NCBI GenBank assembly: GCA_965209155.1
Contig: OZ242383.1
Span: forward strand, 3,776,001 to 3,840,000
Direction: 5' to 3'
From: a bacterium
GTDB lineage: Bacteria > SAR324 > NAC60-12
Length of the DNA stretch: 64,000 nt
The notes beneath the pieces were generated by a model. That model searched no databases. It saw only the letters and a program-made list of their open reading frames with translations, and had not been told where the DNA came from. Numbering within the stretch: the stretch's first letter is position 1; each line of letters begins with the position of its first letter. The translations under genes and the position numbers were made by a program. Of the stretch, positions 1 through 9,287 are shown piece by piece.

Positions 1-1
1 T

Positions 2-364
2 TTAATCAAATCACTCAACACAAAAACAGTGGTGCTGGATCCTTGCCCAATCCCTGAAGAGATACAAGAAGGATCTCCAACGGCAGCAATAAAAGTATTA
101 TGGCAATCTGAAGATAAATCCTGTCTCACTGCTGTTTGGTCTTGTACTGTTGGAAAGTGGGAAATTGATTGGCAATGGGATGAAACGATGTATTTAATTG
201 AGGGCCAATTGGAACTCATTGATCATTTAGGACATTCTCAAACATTTAATGCCGGTGATTTTTTTCATGTGAGCAAGGGGGCTAAAACGGTGTGGAATGT
301 AAAACAGCCTCTTAAAAAGATTTTTTATATTCGCGGATACATCCCGAGAGAGCAACAGGAGTGA
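2..364 (+). CDS. Cupin-domain protein (DUF861/EutQ-like), probably 5'-truncated by the window edge
   Basis: Motif W.C..G.W...W.WDE.MY.IEG and 'AGD.F..KG....W.V....KK'; the frame is open from position 2. Confidence 0.75.
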   Translation, partial: LIKSLNTKTVVLDPCPIPEEIQEGSPTAAIKVLWQSEDKSCLTAVWSCTVGKWEIDWQWDETMYLIEGQLELIDHLGHSQTFNAGDFFHVSKGAKTVWNVKQPLKKIFYIRGYIPREQQE

Positions 365-389
365 AGCAAGAAAAGGGGTTCTGACTGCC

Positions 390-1349
390 ATGAGAACGTA
401 TATCATCAGGCGACTCTTGCTGCTGATCCCCACCCTGTTTCTCTTGTCCGTCCTGGTCTTTCTCTCGGTGCGCTTCCTGCCAGGCGATGTCATCGACGTC
501 ATGCTGGGGAGGATGGAATGGCAAGCAGCAGGGGGGGTTGACCGTGAAGCTGTCGAGCGAAGGCTGGGACTGGACGTGCCGGTCTGGGTGCAGTATGGAC
601 GCTGGATGGGAGGGATCTTGCTGTACGGCACCCTGGGCAAATCCCTGATGGGGGATTGGCCGGTAGAGGAGCGGCTCTTCGATCGTTTGCCCGTCACCCT
701 GGAACTGGGCGTCATGGCCATCGTCATCGGACTGGTCATCGCGCTGCCTGTCGGCATTTACTCGGCGATTCGCCAGGATACAGCCGCGGACTATGTGGGA
801 CGCATCCTCGCGATTCTCGGCCTGGCCACGCCGAACTTCTGGCTAGGCACGATGGTGATGATCTACCCGGCCATCTGGTGGAGATGGTCGCCCCCGATGG
901 AGCTGGTGCCTTTTGCCGAAGACCCGTGGGGCCACCTGGGGATTCTGGTCATTCCCAGCGTGATTCTGGGAACGGCCCTCTCGGCCGGCACCATGCGCCT
1001 GACGCGCACCATGATGCTGGAGGTGCTGAGGCAGGACTATATCCGCACCGCCTGGGCCAAGGGGCTCAAGGAACAAACGGTCGTGCTGAGACACGCCATC
1101 AAAAATGCCCTCATCCCGGTCGTCACCCTGGTCGGCTTGCAGTTACCGCTCGTGGTCGGGGGGGCTGTCATCATGGAGAATCTCTTTAACCTGCCGGGCC
1201 TGGGCCGTCTCCTGGTGGATGCCCTCTCGGAACGGGATTACCCGGTGGTCTCCGGAGTAAACCTGTTTTTCGCCTGCATCGTTTTGTTGAACAATCTCAT
1301 CATCGACCTCCTTTATGCCTATTTGGACCCGCGGGTGCGATATGAGTGA
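390..1349 (+). CDS. dppB: Dpp/Opp-type ABC transporter permease (DppB-like), copy 1
   Basis: MRTYIIRRLL start, EAA loop 'QDYIRTAWAKGL', C-terminal 'LDPRVRY'. Confidence 0.9.
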   Translation: MRTYIIRRLLLLIPTLFLLSVLVFLSVRFLPGDVIDVMLGRMEWQAAGGVDREAVERRLGLDVPVWVQYGRWMGGILLYGTLGKSLMGDWPVEERLFDRLPVTLELGVMAIVIGLVIALPVGIYSAIRQDTAADYVGRILAILGLATPNFWLGTMVMIYPAIWWRWSPPMELVPFAEDPWGHLGILVIPSVILGTALSAGTMRLTRTMMLEVLRQDYIRTAWAKGLKEQTVVLRHAIKNALIPVVTLVGLQLPLVVGGAVIMENLFNLPGLGRLLVDALSERDYPVVSGVNLFFACIVLLNNLIIDLLYAYLDPRVRYE

Positions 1350-2301
1350 ACCCAGGCAACAGAACCGGCTGATGGATTTCTTCATCAGGCTGCTCAAGGA
1401 AAAACCCCTCGGGATGCTCGGCGGAGTGATCATTGTGCTCTTGATCGGGGTCAGTCTCTTTGCCGATGCGCTGTCACCTCATCCTTATAATAAAACCCAC
1501 TTGAGAGACCGGATGCAGGAAGCCTCGGCCCAGTATCTCCTCGGCACCGACCACGTCGGGCGGGACTTGTTGAGCCGCCTGATTCATGGAGCGCGGATTT
1601 CCTTAGGAGTCGGTCTGGCCGCGACCACGCTCAATGTGCTCGTCGCGCTGTTAGTGGGCGGCGTATCCGGATTCCTTGGGGGAAAAGTGGACCTGGCCAT
1701 GCAGCGCCTGGTCGATGCCTGGATCGCCTTTCCGGGACTGCTGTTGTTGTTGACCATCATGTCCATCGTGGGACAAGGGTTGCTCCAGATCATCATGGTG
1801 CTGGGGATCGCCGGTGGGGTGGAAGGCTCCCGCGTCGTGCGGGGCGCGGTGATCGCCATTAAAGAGAATGATTACTTCCTGGCGGCGAAAGCCCTGGGCA
1901 GTCCCCTGCCCACCACCCTGAGGCGTCATGTGCTGCCCAATATCATGCCGCCCCTCATCATCATCTTCTCCATCAACATTGGTGCCGTCATCATGTCAGA
2001 GGCGGCACTGAGTTTCCTCGGCTTCGGACTGCCTCCGAACATTCCCAGTTGGGGTGGGATGCTCAGCCGGGAAGGACGGCTCTACATGGAGATGGCCCCC
2101 TGGCTGGCGCTCTGGCCCGGACTGTGCCTGACGATGGTCGTTTTCAGCCTCAACATGTTCGGTGATGCCATGCGCGACCTGATCGATCCCCGGTTGCGGG
2201 GTGGTGAGGGTAGTTACGGCGCAACGGCGAAACGCAAACGAAGCCTCCTGGCCCGTTTGCTCTCCCCATTCCATAATCAGGAACCACCTCTCCCAAGGTG
2301 A
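1342..2301 (+). CDS. dppC: Dpp/Opp-type ABC transporter permease (DppC-like), copy 1
   Basis: 'LLGTDHVGRDLLSRLIHGARISL', 'HVLPN', 'EAALSFLGFG', 'GDAMRDLIDPR'; start overlaps the dppB stop. Confidence 0.9.
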   Translation: MSEPRQQNRLMDFFIRLLKEKPLGMLGGVIIVLLIGVSLFADALSPHPYNKTHLRDRMQEASAQYLLGTDHVGRDLLSRLIHGARISLGVGLAATTLNVLVALLVGGVSGFLGGKVDLAMQRLVDAWIAFPGLLLLLTIMSIVGQGLLQIIMVLGIAGGVEGSRVVRGAVIAIKENDYFLAAKALGSPLPTTLRRHVLPNIMPPLIIIFSINIGAVIMSEAALSFLGFGLPPNIPSWGGMLSREGRLYMEMAPWLALWPGLCLTMVVFSLNMFGDAMRDLIDPRLRGGEGSYGATAKRKRSLLARLLSPFHNQEPPLPR

Positions 2302-2999
2302 TACTCTCTGCCAAACTCTTGCCATTTAATAGTTTTTAAATACGCTTTCTTCTTTTCAATCTGAATCGAATCTCGGGAAGGATCATAGTGGTAGTTGAGA
2401 TTGTAATTCAATTTCGGTTGGCTGAGTACAGCGATATGAAAAATATTAATGTTGCTTCCCGAACACCGGGCAGAAGGCGTAATAATTCCAGGATGCCCCT
2501 CTCGACTCAGACGTTTTCCGATGGTTTGCGTGAAGAGATAATCATTGGAGATCAAATCAGGAAACGATTTTTCTTTTCCTACAAAATCCAGCAACACTGC
2601 TTGGCAGAGCACCTGATACATGGCCCGGTAGGAAATCTGACTTTTGTTCATTCCGAAGGCTTGATAAAACTTGATGGTGTGATAGGCTGATTCGCAAATG
2701 GCTGTTTCTTCCTCAAGGCTTCCATACCAAACCCCAAAACTCCCATCGGAAAAACGCGATTGGTTCCAATTTTCCTTAACAAATGGACGCTCGACGGCTT
2801 CTGAATAATGAAAGGCGCGCGCAATCATACCCGAAGGAACCTCACTTTTTGCTCCCATTTCTGATTGAATGGCGACTTGATTCAACACGGGATCTCCTTC
2901 ATCCAGATCCTCAAAGACATTGATCGATGGAGAAGAGGAGATGATATTGCGATGGACATGACACTGGAGCCGCTTGGTCTGGGTTTCAAACAGGTCCAT
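2277..2999 (-). CDS. RES-domain toxin (NAD+ phosphorylase-like)
   Basis: R-E-S residues in 'SRFSDG', 'YGSLEEETAICE', 'TPSAR'; coupled to the upstream antitoxin. Confidence 0.85.
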   Translation of the reverse strand: MDLFETQTKRLQCHVHRNIISSSPSINVFEDLDEGDPVLNQVAIQSEMGAKSEVPSGMIARAFHYSEAVERPFVKENWNQSRFSDGSFGVWYGSLEEETAICESAYHTIKFYQAFGMNKSQISYRAMYQVLCQAVLLDFVGKEKSFPDLISNDYLFTQTIGKRLSREGHPGIITPSARCSGSNINIFHIAVLSQPKLNYNLNYHYDPSRDSIQIEKKKAYLKTIKWQEFGREYHLGRGGS

Positions 3000-3409
3000 T
3001 ATTGGCCACGATAAAAATCTAGAAAGCGCGCCACTTTGGCAACCCCAAACAGGCCTTGTTCTTTCATCACTTCTAAAGGCGTGTAATTATCCAGCAGCTG
3101 GTTACGTTGATGAATCCAATTTTGTTGGATCTCTTTGTCTTCCGGAAACAAGAGGACCAGGGACTTGTGAATGGACAACAGCAAACCGACTCGCTTGGAC
3201 AAATCCCTTCCCCTGGGTAACACCCCAGCTCCCTTACGGTACTTTGTAATCAGGGTGCGGCTCTTAGGAGACTGATCCAGCAAATTGAGTTGGCTTGCCT
3301 GGTCCAACTGCCAGAGTTGAAACAGATTCATAATCAATCTGGTTTGTGCCGCGCGATACTCATAATTTGAAAGAGGACGTCCTTCAGCATTTATAACAGA
3401 CTCCTGCAT
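2999..3409 (-). CDS. Xre/MbcA/ParS-type antitoxin
   Basis: 'LLSIHKSL..LFP....W...N..L...TPL.VM...G...V..FLD' pattern; 1-nt TAATG overlap with the RES gene. Confidence 0.8.
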   Translation of the reverse strand: MQESVINAEGRPLSNYEYRAAQTRLIMNLFQLWQLDQASQLNLLDQSPKSRTLITKYRKGAGVLPRGRDLSKRVGLLLSIHKSLVLLFPEDKEIQQNWIHQRNQLLDNYTPLEVMKEQGLFGVAKVARFLDFYRGQ

Positions 3410-3602
3410 GATTTCTTCCCATTTTAAGTTTACATATATTTATTGTATGACTATATCTAAACCTACCAAGAGATTAGAGAGAAATCAAGCTTCTTGATAT
3501 TTATATTTCATTTAATTAATCTCATTAAACCACCAGCTCTGCTGGTGCGAACCTAATAGGCTTTGCCGGTCAGACATGAGAAAAGTATCCGTGTCCGTTA
3601 GC

Positions 3603-4003
3603 CGTGCTCGTGCTCGTGAACGGTCAGTGAATTCGACGGCACATTTTGGTTAACATAGAAACAATGCGATGAAGTAACTGTTTCCCTTCGTCAAATAAAG
3701 GAGGCTGGATGATCTTCAACACGTTTAAAACATCGAGAATAGCAGCGCATTCCATTGCGGAACCTCGGGCAAATGCATAGAATCGTTGCTTGTCAGCAAA
3801 GGAATTTTTTCCACAGCCTTCTGCGATATTGAGAGGAATCGACCATGAGGCCCTTTTCAGTTGGTCAACTAAGGCTGAGTATCCTTTTGGCAATGTTTCG
3901 ATGACTTGGACAGATAACGCTAAAAATTCGATGGAACATTGGTATACATCGAGTTTTTCATGATTTAACATGGCAGCCTTTTTCGTTCACGAGCACGAGC
4001 ACG
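3603..4003. repeat. Perfect 20-bp inverted repeat (3603-3622 / 3984-4003) bracketing the four-helix-bundle ORF
   Basis: CGTGCTCGTGCTCGTGAACG versus CGTTCACGAGCACGAGCACG; extends imperfectly outward with CGT-N3 periodicity. Confidence 0.95.
3624..3971 (-). CDS. Four-helix-bundle protein (23S rRNA-IVP / Avd-like family), copy 1
   Basis: 'HEKLDVYQ', 'L.DQL.RAS.SI.LNIAEG.G', 'F...ARGSA.EC...LD' family motifs. Confidence 0.9.
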   Translation of the reverse strand: MLNHEKLDVYQCSIEFLALSVQVIETLPKGYSALVDQLKRASWSIPLNIAEGCGKNSFADKQRFYAFARGSAMECAAILDVLNVLKIIQPPLFDEGKQLLHRIVSMLTKMCRRIH

Positions 4004-4113
4004 TCTTACGATGACGAACACGTTTTGCCCTCATACTGGGGGCCTCTTCAAGCCACCGGCTCTGCCGGTGGTGATGACTTTTTTTGCAAATCCTGCATTT
4101 TTTTACATTTGGG

Positions 4114-4178
4114 GGTTGACCTTACGCAAAAAAATATATATTGCTACAATCATGCCTTCACTAAGTTGTTTTAGTGAA
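4114..4178 (+). promoter_or_regulatory. Putative sigma70 promoter region plus palindrome TTCACTAA-N6-TTAGTGAA upstream of binding protein 1
   Basis: GGGGGTTGAC and downstream block conserved with 15761-15821 upstream of binding protein 3. Confidence 0.5.
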
Positions 4179-4337
4179 CTAGAGAGGGTTCCCGAATTGG
4201 AAGGGCAAGGGGGAATTGGAAAATCATGATCCCTGTCCTTGTTTCGTTCATTTTAGTAAGGAGAATCCAATGTGGAATTCACGTAAGCAGAAATTGAATT
4301 TTTATTCTTTCAATTTAATAAAAATAAAGGAGGACGT

Positions 4338-6215
4338 ATGTCTATAAAAAAACGAAGGTACGCATGTTTCAAATCAATCCTTAATTTAAAACTTCAAATC
4401 GAAAGGGAAAAGATGGATCAACAAAAAAGCAAATCAACATTGAATGCAATCTTGCTGTCCCTCATCCTGATGGTAGCCGCCCTCGGGGTCAGTCCGGCTG
4501 CCGTGGCTGCCGAGAAAGAGATGGTGACGGACCCCACCACCGGAAAAATGGTGACCGCGCCTGAATATGGCGGGACAATAACCTATGGCTGGGGTGGAAG
4601 AGTAGGCGAGATTACAGACCCATTCTTCAATGGACTCGAAGCAGGCTGGCTCATCAACGGTGTCAATGAGAGGCTCGGCTACGGGAACTGGGCACTGGAT
4701 CGGAACACATTTGACTTGAGAGATGAATTAGTCCCCATGTTTGCATACACGGGGAACCTGGCGGAAAGCTGGGAAACGCCCGACCCGCTAACGTATGTTT
4801 TCCACATTCGTCAGGGCATTCGCTACGCCCTGAATCCGGACAGTGAGGCCAGCCGCCTCGTAAACAATCGGGAGTTTACCGCCGATGATGTCGTATTTAC
4901 CTATCAGCGCAACTTGGGCCTGGGTGACTTCACCGAACGTACCGAGCGACTTGGTACGGCTCACAAATTGCCATGGGCATCGGTAGATGCCACAGACAAA
5001 TATACGGTTGTGATGAAAATGACCAAACCGGTCGTCGGTGGGTTACACACTATCCTGGAATCAGTTCAGGATTGGATAATACCCTCCGAGGTAGTCGAAC
5101 GATACGGTGACTATAAGGATTGGCAGAACGTGGTCGGCACGGGGCCGTGGATGCTGACCGACTACGTCGAAGGCGCATCCAAAACCTTTATCAAGAATCC
5201 TGACTATTGGGGCTTCGACGAGAAATATCCGGAGAACCGACTGCCTTACGCCGACGAGATGAGAGCCCCGTTAATGTCAGAAGAGGCAACACGTATCTCA
5301 GCGCTGCGCACGGGCAAACTGGATATCGTAGGAAATGTTGGCGTCGTTAGCGTTGCCAGTGTCGATGTTGTCAGGAGCATCCAGAGGACCGACCCCGAAA
5401 TTCAGATATCGTCATATTTCCTTCGGGCGCTTCAATCTTTTGCCATGAACATTCGTAACGCTCCCTTTGACGACATCCGGGTGCGCCACGCGCTGCAAAT
5501 GGCACTGGACCTGGAGACGATTAACGAGACCTACTACAATGGTTTTGCAAGCTGGATCCCCATGGGGTTGATCCGCGTCCCGGAGTATCACAGCCCGTTT
5601 GAAGAGTGGCCCGAAGAAATCAAGCAATACTATAGGTATGACCCGCAAGGTGCAGAGAGGCTCCTCGATGAGGCCGGCCACCCGCGCGGCGCGGATGGCA
5701 TTCGATTCAAGACCACCCTCCAGCACCGCGACGTCATCGATTTGGGCTACACAGAAATTGCTGTGGGCTTCTGGGCTGAAATTGGCGTTGATGTAACGAT
5801 TGATATCATTGACACGGCGGCCTTGATCGCCAATAGAACAGACGCAAGTTATGAGATGATCACTGGCGACCTTGCGTTTTTGTTGGACCCTGCCATAGGT
5901 GTGGGCTTCTATCGCCCCAACCAGCACGTCTATGCGTTGACGGGCGGAGTCCAGACTCCTGAGCTGACCGCCGCCTTTGATGCCTTTTTTGCCGCGACGA
6001 CCGTCGAGGAGCAGAAGAAAGCAGCTATAGAGTTTGATATGGCCATAGTGAAGCAGCACAATCAGGTATGGGGCCCTCTGGCTCCACAGTTTCAGTTGAG
6101 CCAGCCGTGGCTCAAAGGCTTCAACGGTGAAGTCGGGCTGGGATCTATAAGCGGTCACACCTTGATGGCCCGGCTTTGGATTGACCAGGATCTGAAGCGA
6201 GAAATGGGATTCTGA
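4338..6215 (+). CDS. ABC transporter substrate-binding protein, family 5 (DppA/OppA-like), SBP1
   Basis: Signal peptide, 'PEYGGT', 'LAESWE', 'VGTGPW', 'PFDDIRVRHALQMALD', 'YDP..A..LL.EAG'; RBS AGGAGG. Confidence 0.9.
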   Translation: MSIKKRRYACFKSILNLKLQIEREKMDQQKSKSTLNAILLSLILMVAALGVSPAAVAAEKEMVTDPTTGKMVTAPEYGGTITYGWGGRVGEITDPFFNGLEAGWLINGVNERLGYGNWALDRNTFDLRDELVPMFAYTGNLAESWETPDPLTYVFHIRQGIRYALNPDSEASRLVNNREFTADDVVFTYQRNLGLGDFTERTERLGTAHKLPWASVDATDKYTVVMKMTKPVVGGLHTILESVQDWIIPSEVVERYGDYKDWQNVVGTGPWMLTDYVEGASKTFIKNPDYWGFDEKYPENRLPYADEMRAPLMSEEATRISALRTGKLDIVGNVGVVSVASVDVVRSIQRTDPEIQISSYFLRALQSFAMNIRNAPFDDIRVRHALQMALDLETINETYYNGFASWIPMGLIRVPEYHSPFEEWPEEIKQYYRYDPQGAERLLDEAGHPRGADGIRFKTTLQHRDVIDLGYTEIAVGFWAEIGVDVTIDIIDTAALIANRTDASYEMITGDLAFLLDPAIGVGFYRPNQHVYALTGGVQTPELTAAFDAFFAATTVEEQKKAAIEFDMAIVKQHNQVWGPLAPQFQLSQPWLKGFNGEVGLGSISGHTLMARLWIDQDLKREMGF

Positions 6216-6268
6216 GCAAGAACGCCGGGAGCCTCGAGCTCCTCCGCGCTCATTGACCACGAAGAGAT

Positions 6269-7225
6269 ATGAGAGCTTACATCATCCGGCGTCTGTTGTT
6301 GTTCGTCCCCACCTTGTTCATCTTGAGCGTGCTGGTATTCCTGTCGGTACGCTTCATTCCCGGCGACGTCATCGACAACATGGTCGGTCGTATGGATTAC
6401 GCCGGCGGTGAGCTCGACCGCGCGGCCATGGAACGTAGGCTCGGCTTGGACCTGCCGGTCCACGTGCAGTATGGACGCTGGATCGGTAGCATCCTCCTGC
6501 ACGGCAGCCTGGGCGAATCCCTGATGGGAGGTTGGCGGATCGAGGAGCGGATATTCGATCGTTTGCCTGTCACCCTGGAGTTGGGCGTCATGGCCATTCT
6601 CATCGGACTGGTCGTCGCACTGCCCGTCGGTATTTACTCGGCGATTCGCCAGGATACGGTCGCGGACTACGCGGGTCGCATCCTCGCGATCCTCGGCCTG
6701 GCCACGCCGAACTTTTGGTTGGGCACCATGGTGATGATCTACCCGGCCATCTGGTGGGCCTGGTCGCCCCCGATGGAACTGGTACCTTTTGCCGAAGACA
6801 TGTGGAGTCACCTGGGGATCCTGGTCATTCCCAGCCTGATTCTGGGGACGGCCCTCTCGGCCAGCACAATGCGCCTGACGCGCACCATGATGCTGGAAGT
6901 ATTGCGGCAGGACTATATCCGCACCGCTTGGGCCAAGGGACTTAAGGAGCGGGTCGTCGTGCTGAGACACGCCATCAAAAATGCCCTCATCCCGGTCGTC
7001 ACCCTGGTCGGCTTGCAGTTACCGCTTGTGGTCGGGGGCGCAGTTATCATGGAGAACCTCTTTAACCTGCCGGGCCTGGGCCGGCTCCTGGTCGAGTCCC
7101 TCTCAGAACGGGATTACCCGGTGGTCTCCGGGGTCAACCTGTTTTTCGCCTGCATCGTTTTGTTGAACAACCTCCTGATCGACCTCCTTTATGCCTATCT
7201 GGACCCGAGAGTGCGATATGAGTGA
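6269..7225 (+). CDS. dppB: DppB-like permease, copy 2
   Basis: Close paralog of 390-1349. Confidence 0.9.
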   Translation: MRAYIIRRLLLFVPTLFILSVLVFLSVRFIPGDVIDNMVGRMDYAGGELDRAAMERRLGLDLPVHVQYGRWIGSILLHGSLGESLMGGWRIEERIFDRLPVTLELGVMAILIGLVVALPVGIYSAIRQDTVADYAGRILAILGLATPNFWLGTMVMIYPAIWWAWSPPMELVPFAEDMWSHLGILVIPSLILGTALSASTMRLTRTMMLEVLRQDYIRTAWAKGLKERVVVLRHAIKNALIPVVTLVGLQLPLVVGGAVIMENLFNLPGLGRLLVESLSERDYPVVSGVNLFFACIVLLNNLLIDLLYAYLDPRVRYE

Positions 7226-8177
7226 ACCCAGGCAACAGAACCGGCTGATGGATTTCTTCATCAGGCTGCTCAAGGAGAAACCCCTCGGGATGCTCGGCGG
7301 AGTGATCATTGTGCTCTTGATCGGGGTCAGTCTCTTTGCCGATGCGCTGGCGCCTCATCCTTATAATAAAACCCACTTGAGAGACCGGATGCAGGAGGCC
7401 TCGGCCCAGTATCTCCTCGGCACCGACCACGTCGGGCGGGACTTGTTGAGCCGCCTGATTCACGGGGCGCGGATTTCCTTAGGAGTCGGTCTGGCGGCAA
7501 CCACGCTCAATGTGCTCGTTGCGCTGCTGGTCGGAGGCGTTTCCGGATTCCTGGGGGGAAAAGTGGACCTGGTCATGCAGCGCCTGGTCGATGCCTGGAT
7601 CGCCTTTCCGGGACTGCTGTTGTTGTTGACCATCATGTCCATCGTGGGACAAGGGTTGCTCCAGATCATCATGGTGCTGGGGATCGCCGGTGGGGTGGAA
7701 GGCTCCCGCGTCGTGCGGGGTGCCGTAATCGCCATTAAAGAGAATGATTACTTTCTGGCGGCGAAAGCCCTGGGCAGTCCCCTGCCCACCACCCTGAGGC
7801 GTCATGTGCTGCCCAATATCATGCCGCCCCTCATCATCATCTTCTCCATCAACATTGGTGCCGTCATCATGTCAGAGGCGGCATTGAGTTTCCTCGGCTT
7901 CGGTCTGCCCCCAAACATTCCCAGTTGGGGAGGGATGCTCAGCCGGGAAGGACGACTCTACATGGAGATGGCCCCCTGGCTGGCGCTCTGGCCGGGGCTG
8001 TGCCTGACGATGGTCGTTTTCAGCCTCAACATGTTCGGAGACGCCATGCGGGACCTGCTCGATCCCCGGCTGCGGGGCGGGGAGGGCAGTTTCGGCACCG
8101 CAAAGAAACGCAAACGAGGATTCCTCTCCCGTTTGCTCTCCCCATTCCATCATCAGGAACCACCTCTCCCAAGGTGA
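7218..8177 (+). CDS. dppC: DppC-like permease, copy 2
   Basis: Nearly identical to 1342-2301. Confidence 0.9.
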   Translation: MSEPRQQNRLMDFFIRLLKEKPLGMLGGVIIVLLIGVSLFADALAPHPYNKTHLRDRMQEASAQYLLGTDHVGRDLLSRLIHGARISLGVGLAATTLNVLVALLVGGVSGFLGGKVDLVMQRLVDAWIAFPGLLLLLTIMSIVGQGLLQIIMVLGIAGGVEGSRVVRGAVIAIKENDYFLAAKALGSPLPTTLRRHVLPNIMPPLIIIFSINIGAVIMSEAALSFLGFGLPPNIPSWGGMLSREGRLYMEMAPWLALWPGLCLTMVVFSLNMFGDAMRDLLDPRLRGGEGSFGTAKKRKRGFLSRLLSPFHHQEPPLPR

Positions 8178-8227
8178 TACTCTCTGCCAAACTCTTGCCA
8201 TTTAATAGTTTTTAATTACGCTTTCTT
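8153..8227 (-). pseudogene. 75-bp remnant of the 3' end of the RES toxin gene
   Basis: Matches 2277-2351 almost exactly, then diverges abruptly. Confidence 0.8.
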
Positions 8228-8332
8228 CGCATCCGCTTATTGGTCAACGCCTGCTACTGCGTCCGGCATTTCCGTAGTCAGGAAAACTTTCAGGGCTGAT
8301 CAGTTTATTTCAGGGTTGAAGAACAGAGGGCA

Positions 8333-8764
8333 CTAACCAGGAGTTTCTTGCGCAGGGTCAAAAAATCGATCAAAACCTTTTTTCTTCAACCCTTTCTTGA
8401 GAGTTTTATCACCTGTCCATATCAGTCCGTCCAACTCCAGAGTGAGGGCTACATGAGGCGTATCTTTCTCATCAATCTCCTGACAAAGTTCAAAAGCCTT
8501 CTTCCAATGATTTGCCCCAATCAATTCTTCCTTAGATAGATTCAGTCGTTTCGTCAGTAAATAGAGGAGCTGTATGGTCTCTTCTTCTGATAATTGGCTG
8601 AATTGGATGATCGTTTCTTTATGTTTAAACAATTCTACAAAAACCAACTCGCAAATAAAGAAGGAAAATTCTTTATTGAAAAGGGTTTGAACAAAGTGAG
8701 AGTCAGAACGCAGGAGGGAAGAAAATAAAATATTCGTATCGACTATGATTGGTGTTTTTATCAA
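8333..8764 (-). CDS. PIN-domain toxin
   Basis: 'IIVDTNILFS', 'IDEKDTPHVAL', 'WTGDK' acidic PIN motifs. Confidence 0.85.
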   Translation of the reverse strand: MIKTPIIVDTNILFSSLLRSDSHFVQTLFNKEFSFFICELVFVELFKHKETIIQFSQLSEEETIQLLYLLTKRLNLSKEELIGANHWKKAFELCQEIDEKDTPHVALTLELDGLIWTGDKTLKKGLKKKGFDRFFDPAQETPG

Positions 8765-8985
8765 CTTTTGATCCCTGTTATTTTTTTAAGACTTTGCCAG
8801 ACCTGTTGATCTACTACCTCAGCCAGGGAATCCACTTGGTTTTCCGTCAGGGCACTTCGACTTTTGATCGACTCTATTTGCAAATAATCTAGAAGATCTG
8901 TCAAGGCTTCTTTACTGACAGAATCTTTGGGAAGACGAATCACAATATCCTGATTTTCATAAGCGATTTGATACATGTCTTTCAT
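8761..8985 (-). CDS. Probable antitoxin for the PIN toxin
   Basis: 74-aa ORF with ATGA overlap directly upstream of the PIN gene. Confidence 0.65.
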   Translation of the reverse strand: MKDMYQIAYENQDIVIRLPKDSVSKEALTDLLDYLQIESIKSRSALTENQVDSLAEVVDQQVWQSLKKITGIKS

Positions 8986-9171
8986 AAAAATCCCCTTGTT
9001 TTATCTAAATTTATAGTGTCAAAACTTTCAAGAATCCCCTTCATTTTGTCGACCAAAGCACTGTTCTGGTAAAGACAGTCTGAAGGTTGCGTACCACAGC
9101 CTCACTTTGGATTATCTTCTTTTGCAAATTATCATATCAATGCATAAGATAAAAGCACGGTCTTCACAAAA

Positions 9172-9287
9172 GCGGATTTCCTGATCCGGTTGCTCAAGGA
9201 GAAACCCCTGGGGATGGCCTGCAGGGTGATCGTCTTGCTCTTGATTGTTGTGGCCATCTTTATCGATGCGCTGGCGCCTCATCCTTG
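9172..9287 (+). pseudogene. Isolated 5' fragment of a DppC-like permease
   Basis: Reads DFLIRLLKEKPLGMACRVIVLLLIVVAIFIDALAPHP, matching the N-termini of the dppC copies. Confidence 0.75.

Larger units (their letters stand above)
3521..4079 (+). mobile_element. Non-autonomous IS200/IS605-like element carrying a four-helix-bundle gene, copy 1
   Basis: Near-identical to 28079-28637 and 48211-48763; follows TTAAT; hairpins CACCAGC-TCT-GCTGGTG (3531-3547) and CCACCGGC-TCT-GCCGGTGG (4053-4071); ends uncertain by 1 nt. Confidence 0.85.

Noticed and set aside
3624..3971. Diversity-generating retroelement suggested by the Avd-like gene near variable binding proteins
   Set aside because: No reverse transcriptase and no TR/VR pair with adenine-specific mismatches seen in the window
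3521..4079. 23S rRNA intervening sequence or rRNA gene
   Set aside because: Flanks of all three copies are promoter or protein-coding DNA; no rRNA sequence recognised
4011..4229. ORFs beginning MTNTFCPHTGGLFKPP (also 28569-28754)
   Set aside because: They start in the element's right end and read into unrelated flanks; the second merely picks up the interrupted lipoprotein tail
5412..6970. Long antisense ORFs over the ABC genes (and similar ones at 12109, 18125, 30576)
   Set aside because: Shadow frames of GC-rich coding sequence with no recognisable motifs
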